DNA of 64,000 nt, taken from assembly GCA_947632105.1 (NCBI GenBank), contig CANROD010000006.1, positions 6,296 through 70,295 of the forward strand, in the 5' to 3' direction. The stretch comes from an uncultured Oligella sp. Its GTDB lineage: Bacteria > Pseudomonadota > Gammaproteobacteria > Burkholderiales > Burkholderiaceae_B. The notes under the pieces were generated by a model, which did no database searches, was not told the origin of the DNA, and was given only the letters and a program-made list of their open reading frames with translations. The position numbers and the translations under genes were made by a program. This document shows positions 9,715 through 21,593 of the stretch, in pieces. Position 1 is the stretch's first letter. Each line of letters begins with the position of its first letter.

Positions 9715-10857
9715 CTAATTTAGCTTTAAGGGTGACGTTTCATCGTCTGGCCAAGGCGCCTCAAAGTAGCTGTAGATATCATTAATATTTACAGCTTCAA
9801 TTGATTGATAGTGCCACTGTGGACTTCTGTCTTTATCAATTAATAAAGCACGCACACCCTCTTGGAACATACCGTCAGAAGAACAATATAAAGCAACTAT
9901 ATACTCTAGCTCAAAGACTTCTTTCAACGACATGTTTTTAGCAAAATCCTGTAAGGTTAAGGCTAGTCCAACAGTGAATGGCGAACCACGTAGCATCGTC
10001 ATTGCGGCCTTCGCTAACCAACTGTCTTCATGATCTACCAACTTTTCAATCTCACGATAAACACGCTTATAATCACGTACAGAACAAATTTCATTAATCA
10101 CCGTAGAGTTCTTTTGTAGAGGGCCTATTTCCTTAGCATCAATACGAGCGTACTTGCCTAATATATCGTGAATTAAGTCGTCTCTCTCAATTCGAGTTCG
10201 TCGCTTACAAGGATAGGTTGGCCATGTTTTAGCCGAAAGTTCTTTGATAAAATCATCCCATGCCTCGGTTGGCATAGCATAATCCGCTAAGCCTGTAAAT
10301 AAAGCATCATCACTACCAATAACAGCACCAGTAGCGGCTAAAAATCGCCCACTTTCTCCGTTCAGACGAGGTAACAACCAACTACCTCCCACATCAGGAA
10401 ATAGGCCAATAGTTACCTCAGGCATCGCTAATCGCACATCATCACTCACCACTCGGTGACTAGCACCTGCTAATAAGCCAACCCCCCCACCCATTACAAT
10501 ACCCCGACCCCAAACAATAATCGGTTTTTTATAAGTATGTAGAGAATAGTCTAAGGCATACTCAGTCTTAAAAAAATTTACTGCGTATTGGTTTTCTAGA
10601 GGCTTAGAGCTTTGATTTTCTAACATCCCTTGATAAACACTGGTAATATCACCACCGGCACAAAAGGCCCTATCACCCGCTGAGTCTAAAACAACAGCGA
10701 CAATTCCATCATCTTCAGCCCACAACTGTAGTTGGTGACTCAATAATTCAGCCATCTCCAAGTCCAAACTATTTAAAGCCTTGGGTCTATTTAGCGTGGC
10801 AACGGCAATACGCTTATCTCCACTATCGATGGTTGAAAAAAGTACAACCTCATTCAT
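9715..10857 (-). CDS. Enoyl-CoA hydratase/isomerase family protein (3-hydroxyisobutyryl-CoA hydrolase-like)
   Basis: LNRPKALNSL, AFCAGGDI, GIVMGGG, AMPEVTIGLFPDVG, EGVRALLIDKD. Confidence 0.9.
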   Translation of the reverse strand: MNEVVLFSTIDSGDKRIAVATLNRPKALNSLDLEMAELLSHQLQLWAEDDGIVAVVLDSAGDRAFCAGGDITSVYQGMLENQSSKPLENQYAVNFFKTEYALDYSLHTYKKPIIVWGRGIVMGGGVGLLAGASHRVVSDDVRLAMPEVTIGLFPDVGGSWLLPRLNGESGRFLAATGAVIGSDDALFTGLADYAMPTEAWDDFIKELSAKTWPTYPCKRRTRIERDDLIHDILGKYARIDAKEIGPLQKNSTVINEICSVRDYKRVYREIEKLVDHEDSWLAKAAMTMLRGSPFTVGLALTLQDFAKNMSLKEVFELEYIVALYCSSDGMFQEGVRALLIDKDRSPQWHYQSIEAVNINDIYSYFEAPWPDDETSPLKLN

Positions 10858-11227
10858 ACTCCCTCCTTTTCTGGACCTTGTCCTTATGTTCTATATAGTC
10901 AAAACGCTTAGAGCGATCAGGCTTAAGATGCTTTTTCTTAAGGATACCGCTTTTCTTATGAGCGGCACGGCGCCGACGCGACTCCATAGGATCAAAGTTT
11001 AACGCTCTATAAACCTCAACTCTGTCACCATTCGCGACAATCTCACTTAGGGATTTTACCTGCCCAAAAACACCCACTCCCTTTAGCGTGTTAAGTAAAT
11101 TAGGAAACTCCTCATATAATCCACTTTCCTGAAGTACTTGTTCCACAGTCAATTCAGTAGAAAACTGCACTTGACGTTGCCATACTTCCTCAGACTCTGG
11201 AGCGTATATAATATGAACTGTCTTCAT
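10850..11227 (-). CDS. ratB: RnfH/RatB ubiquitin-like protein
   Basis: GVFG...GDRVEVYRAL..DP..RRRR motif; directly downstream of ratA. Confidence 0.85.
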   Translation of the reverse strand: MKTVHIIYAPESEEVWQRQVQFSTELTVEQVLQESGLYEEFPNLLNTLKGVGVFGQVKSLSEIVANGDRVEVYRALNFDPMESRRRRAAHKKSGILKKKHLKPDRSKRFDYIEHKDKVQKRREYE

Positions 11228-11235
11228 AAATAGTA

Positions 11236-11676
11236 CTAAAACGCCTCACCGTATTGCTGCTCAGCTCTTTTAGTAAATGAGTCGATGAAGCTGTTGGCTA
11301 CTTTATTAAAAACTGGACCTAATATAAACTCGAGTGGTCTACTATTAAAAGCATAATTTAGCGTAAACTCTACCTTACAAGCATCCTCTGATAAGGCAGT
11401 AAAGATCCAGTCGCCATTTAGCGCAGAAAACGGGCCATCAACTAGCTCAAGCTGAATACGGCTTGGGTAGTCGTGAGTGTTGCGCGTAGTGAAGGTATGC
11501 TTAATCTTAGAAAGCGCAATAGTAACAGAACCGACCAGTCCATTATCCAAATGCTCTTTGACCTCAGAGCCACCACACCAAGGCATAAACTCTTTGTACT
11601 TATCTACATCAGCTACGAGCTTAAACATTTGCTCGGCACTATACGGTACTAATACACTGCGTTTTACGGTATGCAT
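11236..11676 (-). CDS. ratA: RatA/PasT (COQ10/START-like) protein
   Basis: VPYSAEQMFKLVADV..Y.EFMPWC, LVDGPF..L.G.W.F; divergent from smpB. Confidence 0.92.
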   Translation of the reverse strand: MHTVKRSVLVPYSAEQMFKLVADVDKYKEFMPWCGGSEVKEHLDNGLVGSVTIALSKIKHTFTTRNTHDYPSRIQLELVDGPFSALNGDWIFTALSEDACKVEFTLNYAFNSRPLEFILGPVFNKVANSFIDSFTKRAEQQYGEAF

Positions 11677-11809
11677 ATAAATAAAATTGACAATTTGAAC
11701 GAATGATGGCGAAAATCACCACTTCTTATTAGAATAGATGATTAACCCTTAACAACATATGATCTACATTTTAACGATCAATAGCAAATAAAACATAGAA
11801 TTAAAGAGA

Positions 11810-12265
11810 ATGACTAGGATTGCTGATAACAGAAAAGCACGACACGATTACTTTATCGAAGACGAATTTGAGGCAGGCATTGTCCTCGAAGGGTGGGAGG
11901 TTAAGTCCATTCGCGCAGGTCGTATACAAATTGGTGAGAGCCACATCATTATCCGAGATGGTGAGCTCTTTGTACTTAATATGCATATCAGCCCATTAGA
12001 GACGGCGTCAACCCACATCAGGCCTGACGCGACTCGCTCGCGTAAATTACTCATGCATAAGCGCGAAATCAGTAAATTAATAGGCCGCGTCGAACAACGG
12101 GGCTACACGCTCGTGCCATTAAATCTCTACTATAAAAGAGGTCGTGTCAAAATGACTGTTGCCCTTGCCAAGGGTAAAAAACAACACGATAAGCGCAATA
12201 CTCTCAAAGATCGCGATTGGGAGCGTGAAAAAGCTCGTATCATGAAGCAGGACACAAGGAACTAA
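11810..12265 (+). CDS. smpB: SsrA-binding protein
   Basis: [42 protein letters not shown]. Confidence 0.98.
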   Translation: MTRIADNRKARHDYFIEDEFEAGIVLEGWEVKSIRAGRIQIGESHIIIRDGELFVLNMHISPLETASTHIRPDATRSRKLLMHKREISKLIGRVEQRGYTLVPLNLYYKRGRVKMTVALAKGKKQHDKRNTLKDRDWEREKARIMKQDTRN

Positions 12266-13197
12266 CTACTCTTCCCAGTCTCCTTTACTATCGTCATAGC
12301 ACTGGCAACTAAGCCACTTATATCAGATAGATTAGACGGAATAATTAGTGTACTGCCCTTTTGAGCTAACTGGCCAAAAGCATCAATATAGTTTTCTGCT
12401 ACTTGCAAATTAACTGCTTGCATGCCGCCGGGCTCATTAATTGCAATGGCTACCTTCTTAATCGCCTCTGCTGTTGCATCAGCCACTGTAATCACGGCCT
12501 CGGCTTCACCCTGGGCCTGATTAATCTGCATCTGACGGTCACCCTCTGAACGAGCAATGGCAGCAGCCCTCTCACCCTCTGCGATATTAATTTGCTCCTG
12601 CTTGCGCCCCTCTGAAGCAGCAATTAAAGCTCTCTTTTCACGCTCGGCCGTGATTTGAGCTTGCATTGCTTGCAGAATTTCTTTAGGAGGTGTTAGATCT
12701 TTAATCTCATAGCGTAGCACTTTAACACCCCAGTTAGCCGCCGCCTCATCTAGAGAGGAGACAATTTTACTATTGATATGCTCACGTTCTTCAAACGTTT
12801 TGTCTAGTTCCATCTTGCCAATCACTGAGCGTAAGGTCGTTTGTGCTAGCTGAGTAATGGCTGATATGTAATTTGAAGAACCATAAGAAGCCAACATCGG
12901 GTCAGTTACCTGAAAATACAGCACCCCATCAACTTGCAACTGCGTATTATCCTTAGTAATACACACTTGGCTAGGTACATCGAGAGGAATCTCTTTAAGT
13001 GAATGCTTATACGAGATACGCTCAATAAAAGGGATAACTAAACGAGGACCTGGAGTTAAGGCTCGATCAAAGCGCCCTAGCCTTTCAATTACCCAAGCAT
13101 GCTGTTGAGGCACGATAGCAATTGACTTAAATAAGAAGATAACTGCTAGGACAATAATAACTAACCAAAATCCTAATGAAGTATCAAATTCAAACAT
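12262..13197 (-). CDS. SPFH/band-7 (QmcA-like) membrane protein
   Basis: TM anchor, [31 protein letters not shown]; paired with the upstream NfeD gene. Confidence 0.92.
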   Translation of the reverse strand: MFEFDTSLGFWLVIIVLAVIFLFKSIAIVPQQHAWVIERLGRFDRALTPGPRLVIPFIERISYKHSLKEIPLDVPSQVCITKDNTQLQVDGVLYFQVTDPMLASYGSSNYISAITQLAQTTLRSVIGKMELDKTFEEREHINSKIVSSLDEAAANWGVKVLRYEIKDLTPPKEILQAMQAQITAEREKRALIAASEGRKQEQINIAEGERAAAIARSEGDRQMQINQAQGEAEAVITVADATAEAIKKVAIAINEPGGMQAVNLQVAENYIDAFGQLAQKGSTLIIPSNLSDISGLVASAMTIVKETGKSS

Positions 13198-13199
13198 AG

Positions 13200-13634
13200 C
13201 TAACGACCCCCTACAGGTTCAATGATTAAGGAAATTCCACGAATAGCGATAATTTTATGCTTACCACTGATAAGTTGATCATAATTATCGGCTGGTTTGC
13301 CTTGCCACTGGGCCCCTCTAAATTTAACCAAGGCAAGACGACGATCATCATCCCACTTCTCGACAAAAACCGACTTACCTATGTCTAGATTTAAATTAGA
13401 ATCAGCCTCACTGGCTAATGGATTTCGTAAATGAAACTTACCCATACGCTTTAGAACAAAAATCCCTAATACAGGAATAATTGCTAATAACGCTAGCTGG
13501 ATAATGATATCCTGCTGTAGCAATGATGCTACGCCAGCTGCTATCGCACCTATGCAAATTAATAGCAACACAAAGGTGCCGCTAAAGAGCTCTAAAATTA
13601 AGGCAAATGCAGCAATGACAAACCAAATCCACAT
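13200..13634 (-). CDS. NfeD family membrane protein (short form)
   Basis: Hydrophobic N-terminus plus OB-fold-like tail (V.FRGAQW); upstream of SPFH gene. Confidence 0.85.
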   Translation of the reverse strand: MWIWFVIAAFALILELFSGTFVLLLICIGAIAAGVASLLQQDIIIQLALLAIIPVLGIFVLKRMGKFHLRNPLASEADSNLNLDIGKSVFVEKWDDDRRLALVKFRGAQWQGKPADNYDQLISGKHKIIAIRGISLIIEPVGGR

Positions 13635-13649
13635 GAGCAAACCTTTTAC

Positions 13650-13979
13650 TTAGTTGAGCGCTAATAACTCAACTTCAAAAACAAGCGTCGCATTTGGTGG
13701 AATAACACCACCTGCACCACGTGCACCATAGCCTAGATTAGCTGGAATTGTTAGCTTACGCACGCCGCCAATCTTCATACCTTGAACACCTTGATCCCAC
13801 CCCTTAATCACATGACCTGCACCAAGAGGGAAAGAAAAAGGTTGATTGCGATCTTTACTTGAGTCAAATTTTTGACCACCATCTAATAACCAGCCAGTGT
13901 AATGTACGGTGACTTCTTGACCTGCTTTGGCTTCATCACCAGAACCTACTGTTAGATCGTCAATAATTAATTCAGACAT
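13650..13979 (-). CDS. FKBP-type peptidyl-prolyl isomerase
   Basis: [43 protein letters not shown]. Confidence 0.96.
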   Translation of the reverse strand: MSELIIDDLTVGSGDEAKAGQEVTVHYTGWLLDGGQKFDSSKDRNQPFSFPLGAGHVIKGWDQGVQGMKIGGVRKLTIPANLGYGARGAGGVIPPNATLVFEVELLALN

Positions 13980-14057
13980 AAAATACCTCATTTATTTAGA
14001 TGTTAATGATTACACAGTCGTATGAAAAACAGTTTACCTGAATATGACAATGCAATT

Positions 14058-14094
14058 AAAAAAATCCCGCCAACCAAAGATGATTAACGGGATT
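14058..14094 (-). terminator. Intrinsic terminator after ppsA
   Basis: AATCCCG...CGGGATT stem; the A-run on the plus strand is a U-tract on the minus strand. Confidence 0.7.
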
Positions 14095-14131
14095 AATAAA
14101 GCTAACAACCTAAATTTCAAACAGAAAAATC

Positions 14132-16507
14132 TTAGTTTTGCTGCTCCGCAAGCTTCTGCCATGTATCAACCACAGTATCTGGGTTAAGAGACATAGACAT
14201 GATGCCCTCTTTTTGTAACCATAGCGCTAAATCAGGATGGTCGCTAGGGCCTTGACCACAAATACCTACGTATTTACCAGCTTTAGAGCAAGCTTGGATA
14301 GCACGAGACAACATGAATTGAACAGCGGCATCACGTTCATCAAAGTCGGCCATCAATATTTCCATACCAGAGTCACGGTCAAGACCAAGCGTTAACTGAG
14401 TCATGTCGTTAGAACCGATAGAGAAACCATCAAAATGCTCTAAGAACTGCTCTGCTAAAATAGCATTAGAGGGCACTTCGCACATCATAATAATACGTAA
14501 GCCGTTTTCACCACGTTTCAATCCATTTTCAGCAAGTAAATCGATTACACGCTCAGCTTGGTTAACAGTGCGCACGAATGGAATCATTAACTCAACGTTA
14601 TCAAGACCCATCTCGTCACGAACCTTTTTAAGCGCCTCACATTCCATGCGGAAACATTCGGCAAAGTCTTCTGATAGATAACGTGATGCGCCACGGAAAC
14701 CTAACATTGGGTTTTCTTCCTCTGGCTCATAACGAGAACCACCCACTAATTTACGGTACTCGTTAGACTTAAAGTCAGACATACGAACAATCACTGTCTT
14801 CGGGTAAAAAGCAGCTGCGATAGTAGCAACACCCTCTGCTAACTTTTCAACAAAAAAAGCACGTGGACTAGCATAGCCACGAGCAGCTGACTCAACTGCT
14901 TGTTTTAAGCTAGAGTCGATATTAGGGTAGTCTAAAACAGCCTTGGGATGAACATTAATGTTGTTATTAATAATGAACTCTAAGCGAGCCAAACCAACAC
15001 CCTGGTTAGGAATTCTGGAAAAGTCAAAGGCTAACTGAGGATTACCAACGTTCATCATTACTTTGATTGGGATTTCAGGCATTTCACCACGTTTAATTTC
15101 CTCAATCTCTGTATCTAGAAGACCATCATAGATACGACCTTCATCACCTTCAGCACATGAAACAGTAACTTCTTGACCTACTTTTAATACCTCAGTTGCT
15201 TCACCACAACCCACGACAGCAGGGATACCTAATTCACGGGCAATAATTGCTGCGTGACAAGTACGACCACCACGATTAGTAACGATTGCTGATGCAATCT
15301 TCATTACAGGCTCCCAGTTGGGGTCTGTCATATCAGTAACTAAGATGTCGCCTGCTTGGACTTTATCCATTTCAGATATATCATGCACGATACGTACAGT
15401 ACCAGCACCAATTTTTTGACCAATAGCACGACCAGTAATTAATACATCACCTGTCGTTTTTAATTTAAAGCGTTGCTGTACATCTTGTTTGGACTGCTGT
15501 GATTTAACAGTTTCAGGGCGAGCCTGAAGAATATAGATTTTACCGTCGATACCATCACGACCCCATTCGATATCCATAGGGCGCTGATAATGCTCTTCAA
15601 TAATGACAGCGTATTTAGCTAACTCATTAACTTCTTCATCAGTTAAAGAGAAACGGTTACGCTCAGAAGTAGGAACATCAACAACGCGTACTGCGTTTTC
15701 ACCTGGTGCACGATCCTCTTTAAACTCCATTTTGATTAGCTTAGAACCGATTCGACGGCTGATGATGGAGTATTTGTCTTCTGCCAATGTTGGCTTAAAC
15801 ACATAAAACTCATCCGGGTTGACTGACCCCTGAACAACTGTCTCACCTAAACCATAAGATGAGGTAATGAATACGACATCCTCAAAACCTGACTCAGTGT
15901 CGATAGTAAACATAACACCGGCACTACCAGAATCAGAACGCACCATACGCTGGATACCTGCAGATAAAGCAACGTCAGCGTGAGCAAAGCCCTTGTGTAC
16001 GCGATAAGAGATAGCACGGTCATTGTATAAAGAAGCAAATACATGATGAATCTTATCGAGCGCATCATCGATACCAGCAACGTTTAAAAAGGTTTCCTGC
16101 TGCCCCGCAAACGAAGCGTCCGGTAAATCTTCAGCAGTGGCTGAAGAGCGAACAGCAAAAGTACCCTTGCCATCAGCATCTAGATCAGCAAAAGCCGTAC
16201 GAATTTGTTCTTCTAACTCAGGATGGAAAGGCGTGTCGATAATCCACTGACGAATCTCCTGACCGGCTTCTGCTAATTCACGTACATCATCAGGATTTAA
16301 ACGGTCAAGTCGCTCATTAATACGTGTATCAAGATCAGACTGCTTTAAATAGTCACGGAATGCTTGTGCGGTAGTTGCAAAGCCACCAGGAACACGTACA
16401 CCAGCAGAAGCTAACTGGCTAATCATCTCGCCAAGCGATGCATTTTTGCCGCCAACAACGTCGACGTCACACATGCGACATTGCTCAAATGGAAGGATAT
16501 AAGACAT
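14132..16507 (-). CDS. ppsA: Phosphoenolpyruvate synthase
   Basis: [29 protein letters not shown] phospho-His, GSNDMTQ. Confidence 0.98.
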   Translation of the reverse strand: MSYILPFEQCRMCDVDVVGGKNASLGEMISQLASAGVRVPGGFATTAQAFRDYLKQSDLDTRINERLDRLNPDDVRELAEAGQEIRQWIIDTPFHPELEEQIRTAFADLDADGKGTFAVRSSATAEDLPDASFAGQQETFLNVAGIDDALDKIHHVFASLYNDRAISYRVHKGFAHADVALSAGIQRMVRSDSGSAGVMFTIDTESGFEDVVFITSSYGLGETVVQGSVNPDEFYVFKPTLAEDKYSIISRRIGSKLIKMEFKEDRAPGENAVRVVDVPTSERNRFSLTDEEVNELAKYAVIIEEHYQRPMDIEWGRDGIDGKIYILQARPETVKSQQSKQDVQQRFKLKTTGDVLITGRAIGQKIGAGTVRIVHDISEMDKVQAGDILVTDMTDPNWEPVMKIASAIVTNRGGRTCHAAIIARELGIPAVVGCGEATEVLKVGQEVTVSCAEGDEGRIYDGLLDTEIEEIKRGEMPEIPIKVMMNVGNPQLAFDFSRIPNQGVGLARLEFIINNNINVHPKAVLDYPNIDSSLKQAVESAARGYASPRAFFVEKLAEGVATIAAAFYPKTVIVRMSDFKSNEYRKLVGGSRYEPEEENPMLGFRGASRYLSEDFAECFRMECEALKKVRDEMGLDNVELMIPFVRTVNQAERVIDLLAENGLKRGENGLRIIMMCEVPSNAILAEQFLEHFDGFSIGSNDMTQLTLGLDRDSGMEILMADFDERDAAVQFMLSRAIQACSKAGKYVGICGQGPSDHPDLALWLQKEGIMSMSLNPDTVVDTWQKLAEQQN

Positions 16508-16711
16508 AAAAGTACCTCAAAGATAAAAAAAGCGTATTTGTTCAAAAAAACACGTTTTGCTAAACAAATAAGCCTTTTGGTGTATCTTAAAGTATCATTA
16601 CTAACGCAACGAGTAGAAGTAATTTATGGTAAATTTTAAATATCATAAATTGGTAATATTTTTAGGCTACATTGTAGCCCATCCTGAACTGTAAGGGAGT
16701 AGGATTTATCC

Positions 16712-17542
16712 ATGGATTTACAAAAACGCACCGTATTTATAGTTTCCGATGGTACCGGCATTACAGCTGAGACTTTTGGTCATTCTGTGTTGTCGCAGTT
16801 TACTCACAAATTTAGCTTTGATCAAGAGCGTGAACCTTTTGTAAATTCAGCAGAACGAGCAAAGGACGTAGCACAAAAGATTAATGATGCCGCTGCGCGT
16901 GATGATCTTCCTCCTATTGTATTTAGTACTATCGTTGACGAAGAAATTAATAGTTTCTTACGCACCAGCAAGTGTATTTATATGGATATCTTTGCTGCCT
17001 GCGTACAGAATCTAGAGGAAAGCCTCCATACCAAATCTGATCCTGCAATTGGTCGCAACCATATTAGCGCTACCTCCGATGCTTATCGACAACGAATTGA
17101 AGCGATTAACTTTACCCTAGCCCACGATGATGGGCAGTTTATTCATGACCTTGAACATGCAGATGTTATCTTTGTTGGCGTATCGCGTTGTGGTAAAACC
17201 CCAACTAGTTTGTATTTAGCGATGCAATATTCAATTAAAGCCGCCAATTTCCCTCTAATTCCCGAGGACTTTGATCGTGGCACTTTACCAAACACACTTT
17301 TGCCGCATCGTCATAAGCTATTTGGCTTATCAATTAATCCGGAACGTTTACATGAGGTTCGCCAAGAACGTCGTCCGGGCAGTGCTTATGCTGAACTGGA
17401 TCAGTGTAAATATGAGGTTGCAGAAGCCGAACGTATGATGCGTAGAGAAAATATTGCTTGGTTATCAACTACCACTAAATCAATTGAGGAAATATCCACG
17501 ACTGCCCTCAAAATCTTAAACTTAGATCGTAAGAGCTACTAA
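16712..17542 (+). CDS. ppsR: PEP synthase regulatory kinase/phosphotransferase
   Basis: SDGTGITAE, HDDG, GVSRCGKTPTSLYLA; divergent from ppsA. Confidence 0.95.
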   Translation: MDLQKRTVFIVSDGTGITAETFGHSVLSQFTHKFSFDQEREPFVNSAERAKDVAQKINDAAARDDLPPIVFSTIVDEEINSFLRTSKCIYMDIFAACVQNLEESLHTKSDPAIGRNHISATSDAYRQRIEAINFTLAHDDGQFIHDLEHADVIFVGVSRCGKTPTSLYLAMQYSIKAANFPLIPEDFDRGTLPNTLLPHRHKLFGLSINPERLHEVRQERRPGSAYAELDQCKYEVAEAERMMRRENIAWLSTTTKSIEEISTTALKILNLDRKSY

Positions 17543-18363
17543 GTACGTTGAGCTAATAACTGGCGTCTGTGTTCAAACAATACAACAGCACAAGCTACTG
17601 CTACATTTAGAGATTCAACCTTATCACTTTGCGGTATGAAAATTTGCTTGGTAGCTTGTTCTAATAACCCAACACTAACACCCTGGCCTTCGTTACCTAG
17701 TAGCCATGCACAATTTATCGGTAATAAACTATCATAAAGTGAGTCGGCCTGCTCATTTAACGCTGTTGCGTACACTGGGACCTGAAGTTTTTTAATCAAG
17801 GTATTTAAATCACAGTCAGTATAAATGTTTAAGGAAAAATGAGCTCCTTGCCCACTACGTAGGACTTTGGACGACCAAGGGTTCACTGAGTCTTTAGAAA
17901 GCACAAGATGTTCAATCCCCGCTGCCACAGTCGTTCTAATAATAGTACCTAAATTACCAGGGTCCTGCAGGCGATCTAAAATTACCATAGACTCAGTTAG
18001 GGCAATTTCAGACAGCTTACTTTCAACCACCTCTACAATCAGCAAGACCCCTTGAGGACTATGCACTTCACATAGTTGCTTGAATAAGCCATCAGCAAGG
18101 ATAACGGTTTGAGAACTAAAACTTTCATAAAGTGTTTTTAATTCATTGGCTATTTCAGTCTTGCTATGAATAGCTTTATTTAGTGCACTAGACTGAAATA
18201 CAGCATACTGAAGCTTAAGCGCTCTGGTTTTTTTCAAAAACTCTTGACATAAATGAATGCCTTCCAATAAACAGAATTTTTTTTCTCTGCCATTAGCGAT
18301 TTTAAGGAAGTGCTTAAACGTGGGATTGTTTTTTGAGTCAATCAGTTTTGCTTCAAATGACAT
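17539..18363 (-). CDS. TrmH/SpoU family RNA methyltransferase
   Basis: LQDPGNLGTIIRT, GNEGQG, ESLNVAVA SPOUT motifs. Confidence 0.93.
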   Translation of the reverse strand: MSFEAKLIDSKNNPTFKHFLKIANGREKKFCLLEGIHLCQEFLKKTRALKLQYAVFQSSALNKAIHSKTEIANELKTLYESFSSQTVILADGLFKQLCEVHSPQGVLLIVEVVESKLSEIALTESMVILDRLQDPGNLGTIIRTTVAAGIEHLVLSKDSVNPWSSKVLRSGQGAHFSLNIYTDCDLNTLIKKLQVPVYATALNEQADSLYDSLLPINCAWLLGNEGQGVSVGLLEQATKQIFIPQSDKVESLNVAVACAVVLFEHRRQLLAQRT

Positions 18364-18377
18364 AACATATACCTTGA

Positions 18378-19028
18378 TTATGGATTCTCATTACTCAAAA
18401 AACGTTTGATAGGAGCAAAACTTTGCCTATGAATTGGACAAGGGCCATGCTCTTGAAGCTTACTCAAATGGAGCTTAGTACCATAACCTTTATGTTGAGC
18501 AAAACCATAATCTGGGTATTCTTCATGAAGTGCATATAGCTCAGCGTCCCTTGCTGTTTTAGCAAGAATAGAAGCTGCGGCTATTGCCTGCACAGTAGCA
18601 TCACCCTTAATAATTGCTTCTACGATTTGTCCATTTAAAAGATTATTAGGGAGACTAACACGCATTTGCTTTGGTACTTGATTTCCGTCGATGAGCACTT
18701 GTGTATGTTGAGCACTAATGCCCTGCCATGCTCTAGTCATTGCCAGCATGGTTGCTTGCAAAATGTTAAGACTATCAATCTCTTCGACAGAGGCTGAGGC
18801 GATATGCCAATCCAAAGCGTCTTCTTTAATACGGGTAGCTAGATAGTCTCGTTTTTTCTCACTCAACTTCTTTGAGTCCATTAGGCCTTCAATGCTTTTA
18901 TTTGGATCTAACACAACTGCAGCAGCAAATACAGATCCCGCCAAGGGCCCTCGCCCTGCTTCATCAATACCAACGATTAGAGAGCTAGAAAAAGTAGCAG
19001 ACTCAAGCAAATCAATTGTTTTTTGCAT
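18378..19028 (-). CDS. rnhB: Ribonuclease HII
   Basis: [35 protein letters not shown]. Confidence 0.97.
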   Translation of the reverse strand: MQKTIDLLESATFSSSLIVGIDEAGRGPLAGSVFAAAVVLDPNKSIEGLMDSKKLSEKKRDYLATRIKEDALDWHIASASVEEIDSLNILQATMLAMTRAWQGISAQHTQVLIDGNQVPKQMRVSLPNNLLNGQIVEAIIKGDATVQAIAAASILAKTARDAELYALHEEYPDYGFAQHKGYGTKLHLSKLQEHGPCPIHRQSFAPIKRFLSNENP

Positions 19029-19037
19029 AAATATTAA

Positions 19038-20210
19038 CTATCTATGAGAGGCGATGCGCCAAATTTGCTCTGCAGCTAGTCTAGGAGTATCAACCGCTAA
19101 GGTAGTATAAAGCTCTTGAAACTTAGCCTTAGTCTCTTGTATATACTCTTTATCTTCTAATGCTCGAATGCAAGAAAGCATTAACTTCTCAGGTGTTACC
19201 TCTTCTTGTAGATGCTCAGGCACCGCAAATTCACGCAACAAAATATTTGGTAACCCAATCCAGGGTAATAAGGGAGCAGATTGACCAGATTTCCAAGCCA
19301 TAATTTTGACCATCAGAGGCGAAAGAATATAAGCAATAACCATTGGTTTTTTGTAAAGAGCCATCTCCAAAGAAGCTGTACCGCTTGCTAATAAAGCAGC
19401 ATCACAAGCCTCCATCACATCACGTGAAATAGGCTGCTCAGAAACTGCCTGTGAGAATAGATGTAAATTAGGGAGCTCAATATCCTTGCTAATCTCTAAA
19501 AACTGCTGCTTACGAGCCTCATTGACTAAAGGCACAATGAACTGTAGTTCAGGATATTTCTGATGAAGCTTTTGCGCTGTTTGAAGAAAGACCTGTGACA
19601 AGGCATTGATTTCAGACTTTCTACTACCCGGTAAAATTGCCAGTACAGGTTTATCAGGATCAAGTCCCAAACGTAAACGAGCTGCGTGAGAGTCCGGTTC
19701 TGCAGGTATTTGCTGAGCTAGAGGATGACCCACATAAGTAACTGGCACACCCTCTTTTTCATAAATATCTACCTCAAAGGGAAAAAGCACCAACATATGA
19801 TCAACTGCACGACGAATCTGCTCGATACGTTGATAACGCCAAGCCCATATAGAGGGACTTACAAACTGAACCGTAGGAATGCCGGATTTCTTTAGTTTTT
19901 CCTCTAAACGCAAATTAAAATCAGGTGCATCTACCCCAACGAATACATCCGGCTGAGTAGCAATAGTCTGTTTTTTAAAGCCGTTATAAATAGAAACCAG
20001 ACGTGGTAACTGTTTAAGTGCATCTATATAGCCAAACACCGATAAAGCATCCATGGGATAATTTAATTGTAGGCCTGCTGCTTGCATATGTGGCCCCCCA
20101 ATACCATTGAATTGTAAATTGGGAGCCAAGCTTATCAAGCCTTGCATGACCCGAGAAGCGAGTAAGTCACCGGATGGCTCGCCGGCGACCATGGATACCT
20201 TATAACTCAT
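19038..20210 (-). CDS. lpxB: Lipid-A-disaccharide synthase
   Basis: AGEPSGD, DAPDFN, SPSIWAWR, LPGSR..E, SGTASLE. Confidence 0.97.
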   Translation of the reverse strand: MSYKVSMVAGEPSGDLLASRVMQGLISLAPNLQFNGIGGPHMQAAGLQLNYPMDALSVFGYIDALKQLPRLVSIYNGFKKQTIATQPDVFVGVDAPDFNLRLEEKLKKSGIPTVQFVSPSIWAWRYQRIEQIRRAVDHMLVLFPFEVDIYEKEGVPVTYVGHPLAQQIPAEPDSHAARLRLGLDPDKPVLAILPGSRKSEINALSQVFLQTAQKLHQKYPELQFIVPLVNEARKQQFLEISKDIELPNLHLFSQAVSEQPISRDVMEACDAALLASGTASLEMALYKKPMVIAYILSPLMVKIMAWKSGQSAPLLPWIGLPNILLREFAVPEHLQEEVTPEKLMLSCIRALEDKEYIQETKAKFQELYTTLAVDTPRLAAEQIWRIASHR

Positions 20211-20219
20211 TTGCTTTTT

Positions 20220-21014
20220 TTAGCGCCCTACGCCACGAGCAGAGGATTTAACAAAGAAGTCTACGAAAGGCTCTAGAATATCAGCAATGTCTTGTTCACT
20301 ATTTTTTTGGAGATTACGGATAGCATCTACTGCATCATCAACTTTTAAACTTCTTAAATAGATATACTTATAAGCTTCTTTAATTGCTTGAATCTGAGTT
20401 GTTGAAAAACCACGTCTTCTTAAACCCTCGGAATTGATACCTGCAGGTTTATAAGGTTGACCTGCGCCTAAAACATAAGGTGGAATATCCTGACGAATTG
20501 CACTCATACCACCGGTCATGCTATGAGCTCCAATATTAGTAAATTGATGAGCAGCAGACAAACCACCGATAATAGCCCAATCACCAATATGAATATGACC
20601 AGCAAGTTGGATGCCATTTGACATCACAATTTCATTACCTAATTGGCAATCATGTGCAATATGCACATAAGCCATGATCCAGTTATTATTACCAATATAT
20701 GTCGTACCGGAATCTTGAAGAGTACCGGTATTGATGGTAACAAACTCACGGAACATATTGCCATCACCTATTTCTAAGGCTGTATCCTCACCAGCATATT
20801 TTTTATCTTGAGGCATGCCACCAATAGAGCAAAAACGGTAAAAGGTATTGTTTTTACCAATAGACGAACGACCACTAACAATACAATGTTCACCAACTAC
20901 GGAGCCCTCACCAATTGTTACGTTAGGTCCGATGATTGAGTATGCTCCAACTTGCACACTCTCGTGTAGCTGCGCTCCATCGTGAATAATTGCGGTAGGG
21001 TGAATATTAGCCAT
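20220..21014 (-). CDS. lpxA: UDP-N-acetylglucosamine acyltransferase
   Basis: Hexapeptide repeats, PQDKKY, HIAHDC. Confidence 0.97.
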   Translation of the reverse strand: MANIHPTAIIHDGAQLHESVQVGAYSIIGPNVTIGEGSVVGEHCIVSGRSSIGKNNTFYRFCSIGGMPQDKKYAGEDTALEIGDGNMFREFVTINTGTLQDSGTTYIGNNNWIMAYVHIAHDCQLGNEIVMSNGIQLAGHIHIGDWAIIGGLSAAHQFTNIGAHSMTGGMSAIRQDIPPYVLGAGQPYKPAGINSEGLRRRGFSTTQIQAIKEAYKYIYLRSLKVDDAVDAIRNLQKNSEQDIADILEPFVDFFVKSSARGVGR

Positions 21015-21068
21015 AAGAGCCTATATAAAAATCTAGTTTAAACAATATGCCTTTGCAAACTCAAAAAG

Positions 21069-21533
21069 TTACTCTTCAATTTTACGAATAGCACACATAA
21101 TTTTAGCTGATGCTACGACATTATCATCGACATAAGCCTCTGCTGTATATTTGCAAATCACTTTACTGATACGATCTGCTTTGACCTTTAATACTAATTG
21201 GTCGCCCGGAACAACAGGTGTACGGAAACGTGCTCCGTCAATACCTACTAAATAATAGGCTGTTTTTTCACGGTCTAAAGACTCACCATCATCTGAGACA
21301 AAAGTAAATAAAGCAGCTGCTTGTGCTAATGCCTCAGTAATTAAAACACCTGGCATCACAGGCATATGAGGAAAATGTCCTTGGAAAAAAGGCTCGTTAA
21401 TTGTGACGTTCTTAATTGCCACAATACTTTCACCAGGAATTATTTCTAATACTCTATCTACCAATAGAAACGGGTACCGGTGAGGTAGGCGCTCCATGAT
21501 TGCGGCTATATCTAACTGCACTTCTTTACTCAT
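21069..21533 (-). CDS. fabZ: 3-hydroxyacyl-ACP dehydratase
   Basis: [34 protein letters not shown]. Confidence 0.97.
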   Translation of the reverse strand: MSKEVQLDIAAIMERLPHRYPFLLVDRVLEIIPGESIVAIKNVTINEPFFQGHFPHMPVMPGVLITEALAQAAALFTFVSDDGESLDREKTAYYLVGIDGARFRTPVVPGDQLVLKVKADRISKVICKYTAEAYVDDNVVASAKIMCAIRKIEE

Positions 21534-21593
21534 CTTTCTTCCTGAAAACTACTATTTTTTAACTAATTATGTTTTTTTAGCAAAAGACCATAA

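Noticed and set aside
10850-11676. ratA/ratB as an accessory toxin-antitoxin or defence module
   Set aside because: This is the conserved core locus divergent from smpB; RatA is a COQ10-like housekeeping protein.
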